Assembly: GCA_048939765.1 (NCBI GenBank)
Contig: JBHLPF010000038.1
Span: forward strand, 1-29,372
Direction of reading: 5' to 3'
DNA: 29,372 nt
DNA from: Promethearchaeota archaeon
Lineage (GTDB): Archaea > Asgardarchaeota > Thorarchaeia > Thorarchaeales > Thorarchaeaceae
Below, piece after piece: positions 28,408 through 29,372 of the stretch. The translations under genes were made by a program, and so were the position numbers. Position 1 is the first letter of the stretch; every line of letters starts with the position of its first letter. Below the pieces are notes generated by a model. It worked only from the letters and a program-made list of their open reading frames with translations, had not been told where the DNA came from and did no database searches.

Positions 28408-29372
28408 ATGACAATGGCTGAAGATGAGATAGTGAATTACCAAAGACAAGGTCCTGTGAACAGGGCCTTCGCAATTGTGTTAATCGCCATTATTATCATC
28501 GCCGCTTTTTTGAAAATCTCGAACCCTACTGATGAAGAAATCGGCTTCTGGCTGTTCATTGTCTTTCCTGTTGGTGTTCTTCTTATCTCCACAATTTTTG
28601 GCGCACTCTCAAAGCGTGCTATTGACTATGTACCGGGAGATTGGAAAGAAACAAAAATCTGGATGAGCTTCACAGATTATGAACGGACTGTTGAGGAATA
28701 CGAGGATGCATACGGCCATCTCTATGGCAATCCTGAGGGATTCACCATCTTCTGCTGTCTGCTCCCGATAGCCTTTGCCTTGGGTCTTTTGTCGTCCTTC
28801 TTTCTGACTTTGTCCATTCCACTTTTTGATCCCTTGGTAGACTCACTTCTATTACTCACTATTCTATACTTAGTTGTTGGCGTGGCAGGATTCGTCAATG
28901 GGTTTAGGATGCCTGCAATTGATGCTGAGGAATTCTTCCGGGCACCCGTGAAGGGAGATGTGTACGACTTTGCCAGCGAACTGCAAGGAGTGAAGGGCTA
29001 CCGTGCAGGGCTCAATGTCAAGTTTGGAGTGAGGTCTGGAGTGCAGACAATACTCGACGCTGAAATCAAGACCTACCTTGAAGGGCTCCCTGATACTGTA
29101 TCGGTAGGGGTGCAAGTATCACACTCAGGCTTCGCCTATCCTTACCTTGTCGGGACCGTATACAAAGGAACTCCAGTTCCAAAGGGCAAGGAGCGCTACA
29201 ACATAGGCACAAGATATCCAGCCATGGTCGAAACATCGATGGATGGAGATGTTTCTGTGTTTGTGACCAGATTTGACATCCCCAAACGAACAAGCGGCGT
29301 GCCAAGCATATCGAACCGTGACTTCAGGAAACTTGCCCTATTGTTGGCTGACCAGCTCACTGAGAATTACAA
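28408..29372 (+). CDS. Hypothetical 4-TM membrane protein (paralogue C), 3'-truncated by the window edge; not in the ORF track
   Basis: Manual translation from ATG 28408/28414 stays open to the end: MTMAEDEIVNYQRQGPVNRAFAIVLIAIIIIAAFL...SKRAIDYVPGDWKE...EEYEDAYGHLY...AIDAEEFF...LADQLTENY. Confidence 0.85.
   Translation, partial: MTMAEDEIVNYQRQGPVNRAFAIVLIAIIIIAAFLKISNPTDEEIGFWLFIVFPVGVLLISTIFGALSKRAIDYVPGDWKETKIWMSFTDYERTVEEYEDAYGHLYGNPEGFTIFCCLLPIAFALGLLSSFFLTLSIPLFDPLVDSLLLLTILYLVVGVAGFVNGFRMPAIDAEEFFRAPVKGDVYDFASELQGVKGYRAGLNVKFGVRSGVQTILDAEIKTYLEGLPDTVSVGVQVSHSGFAYPYLVGTVYKGTPVPKGKERYNIGTRYPAMVETSMDGDVSVFVTRFDIPKRTSGVPSISNRDFRKLALLLADQLTENY

Overview
Archaeal chromosomal window. An Asgard origin (probably Thorarchaeia) is my inference from gene content and protein style and was not checked against a database. 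The first 17.6 kb holds two tandem, collinear giant single-pass surface glycoproteins. The first is cut by the window edge. The second has a signal peptide, a DUF2341 + LamG/ConA-like head, about 21 Ig-like repeats, one TM helix and a strongly conserved ~235-aa cytoplasmic tail. Next come an apparently ATPase-dead RadA/Rad51 paralogue (FxxA motif kept, PIP-like C-terminus), a Zn-ribbon protein, a GcvH/LbpA-like lipoyl carrier, and an apparently ATPase-dead Cdc6/Orc1 paralogue. These are followed by an FAD oxidoreductase + CCG/Fe-S partner pair, malic enzyme, a SagB-type nitroreductase and two tandem Bcp peroxiredoxins. The window ends with three highly diverged paralogous 4-TM membrane proteins; the third is missing from the ORF track because it runs off the end. 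I saw no RNA genes, CRISPR arrays or mobile elements.
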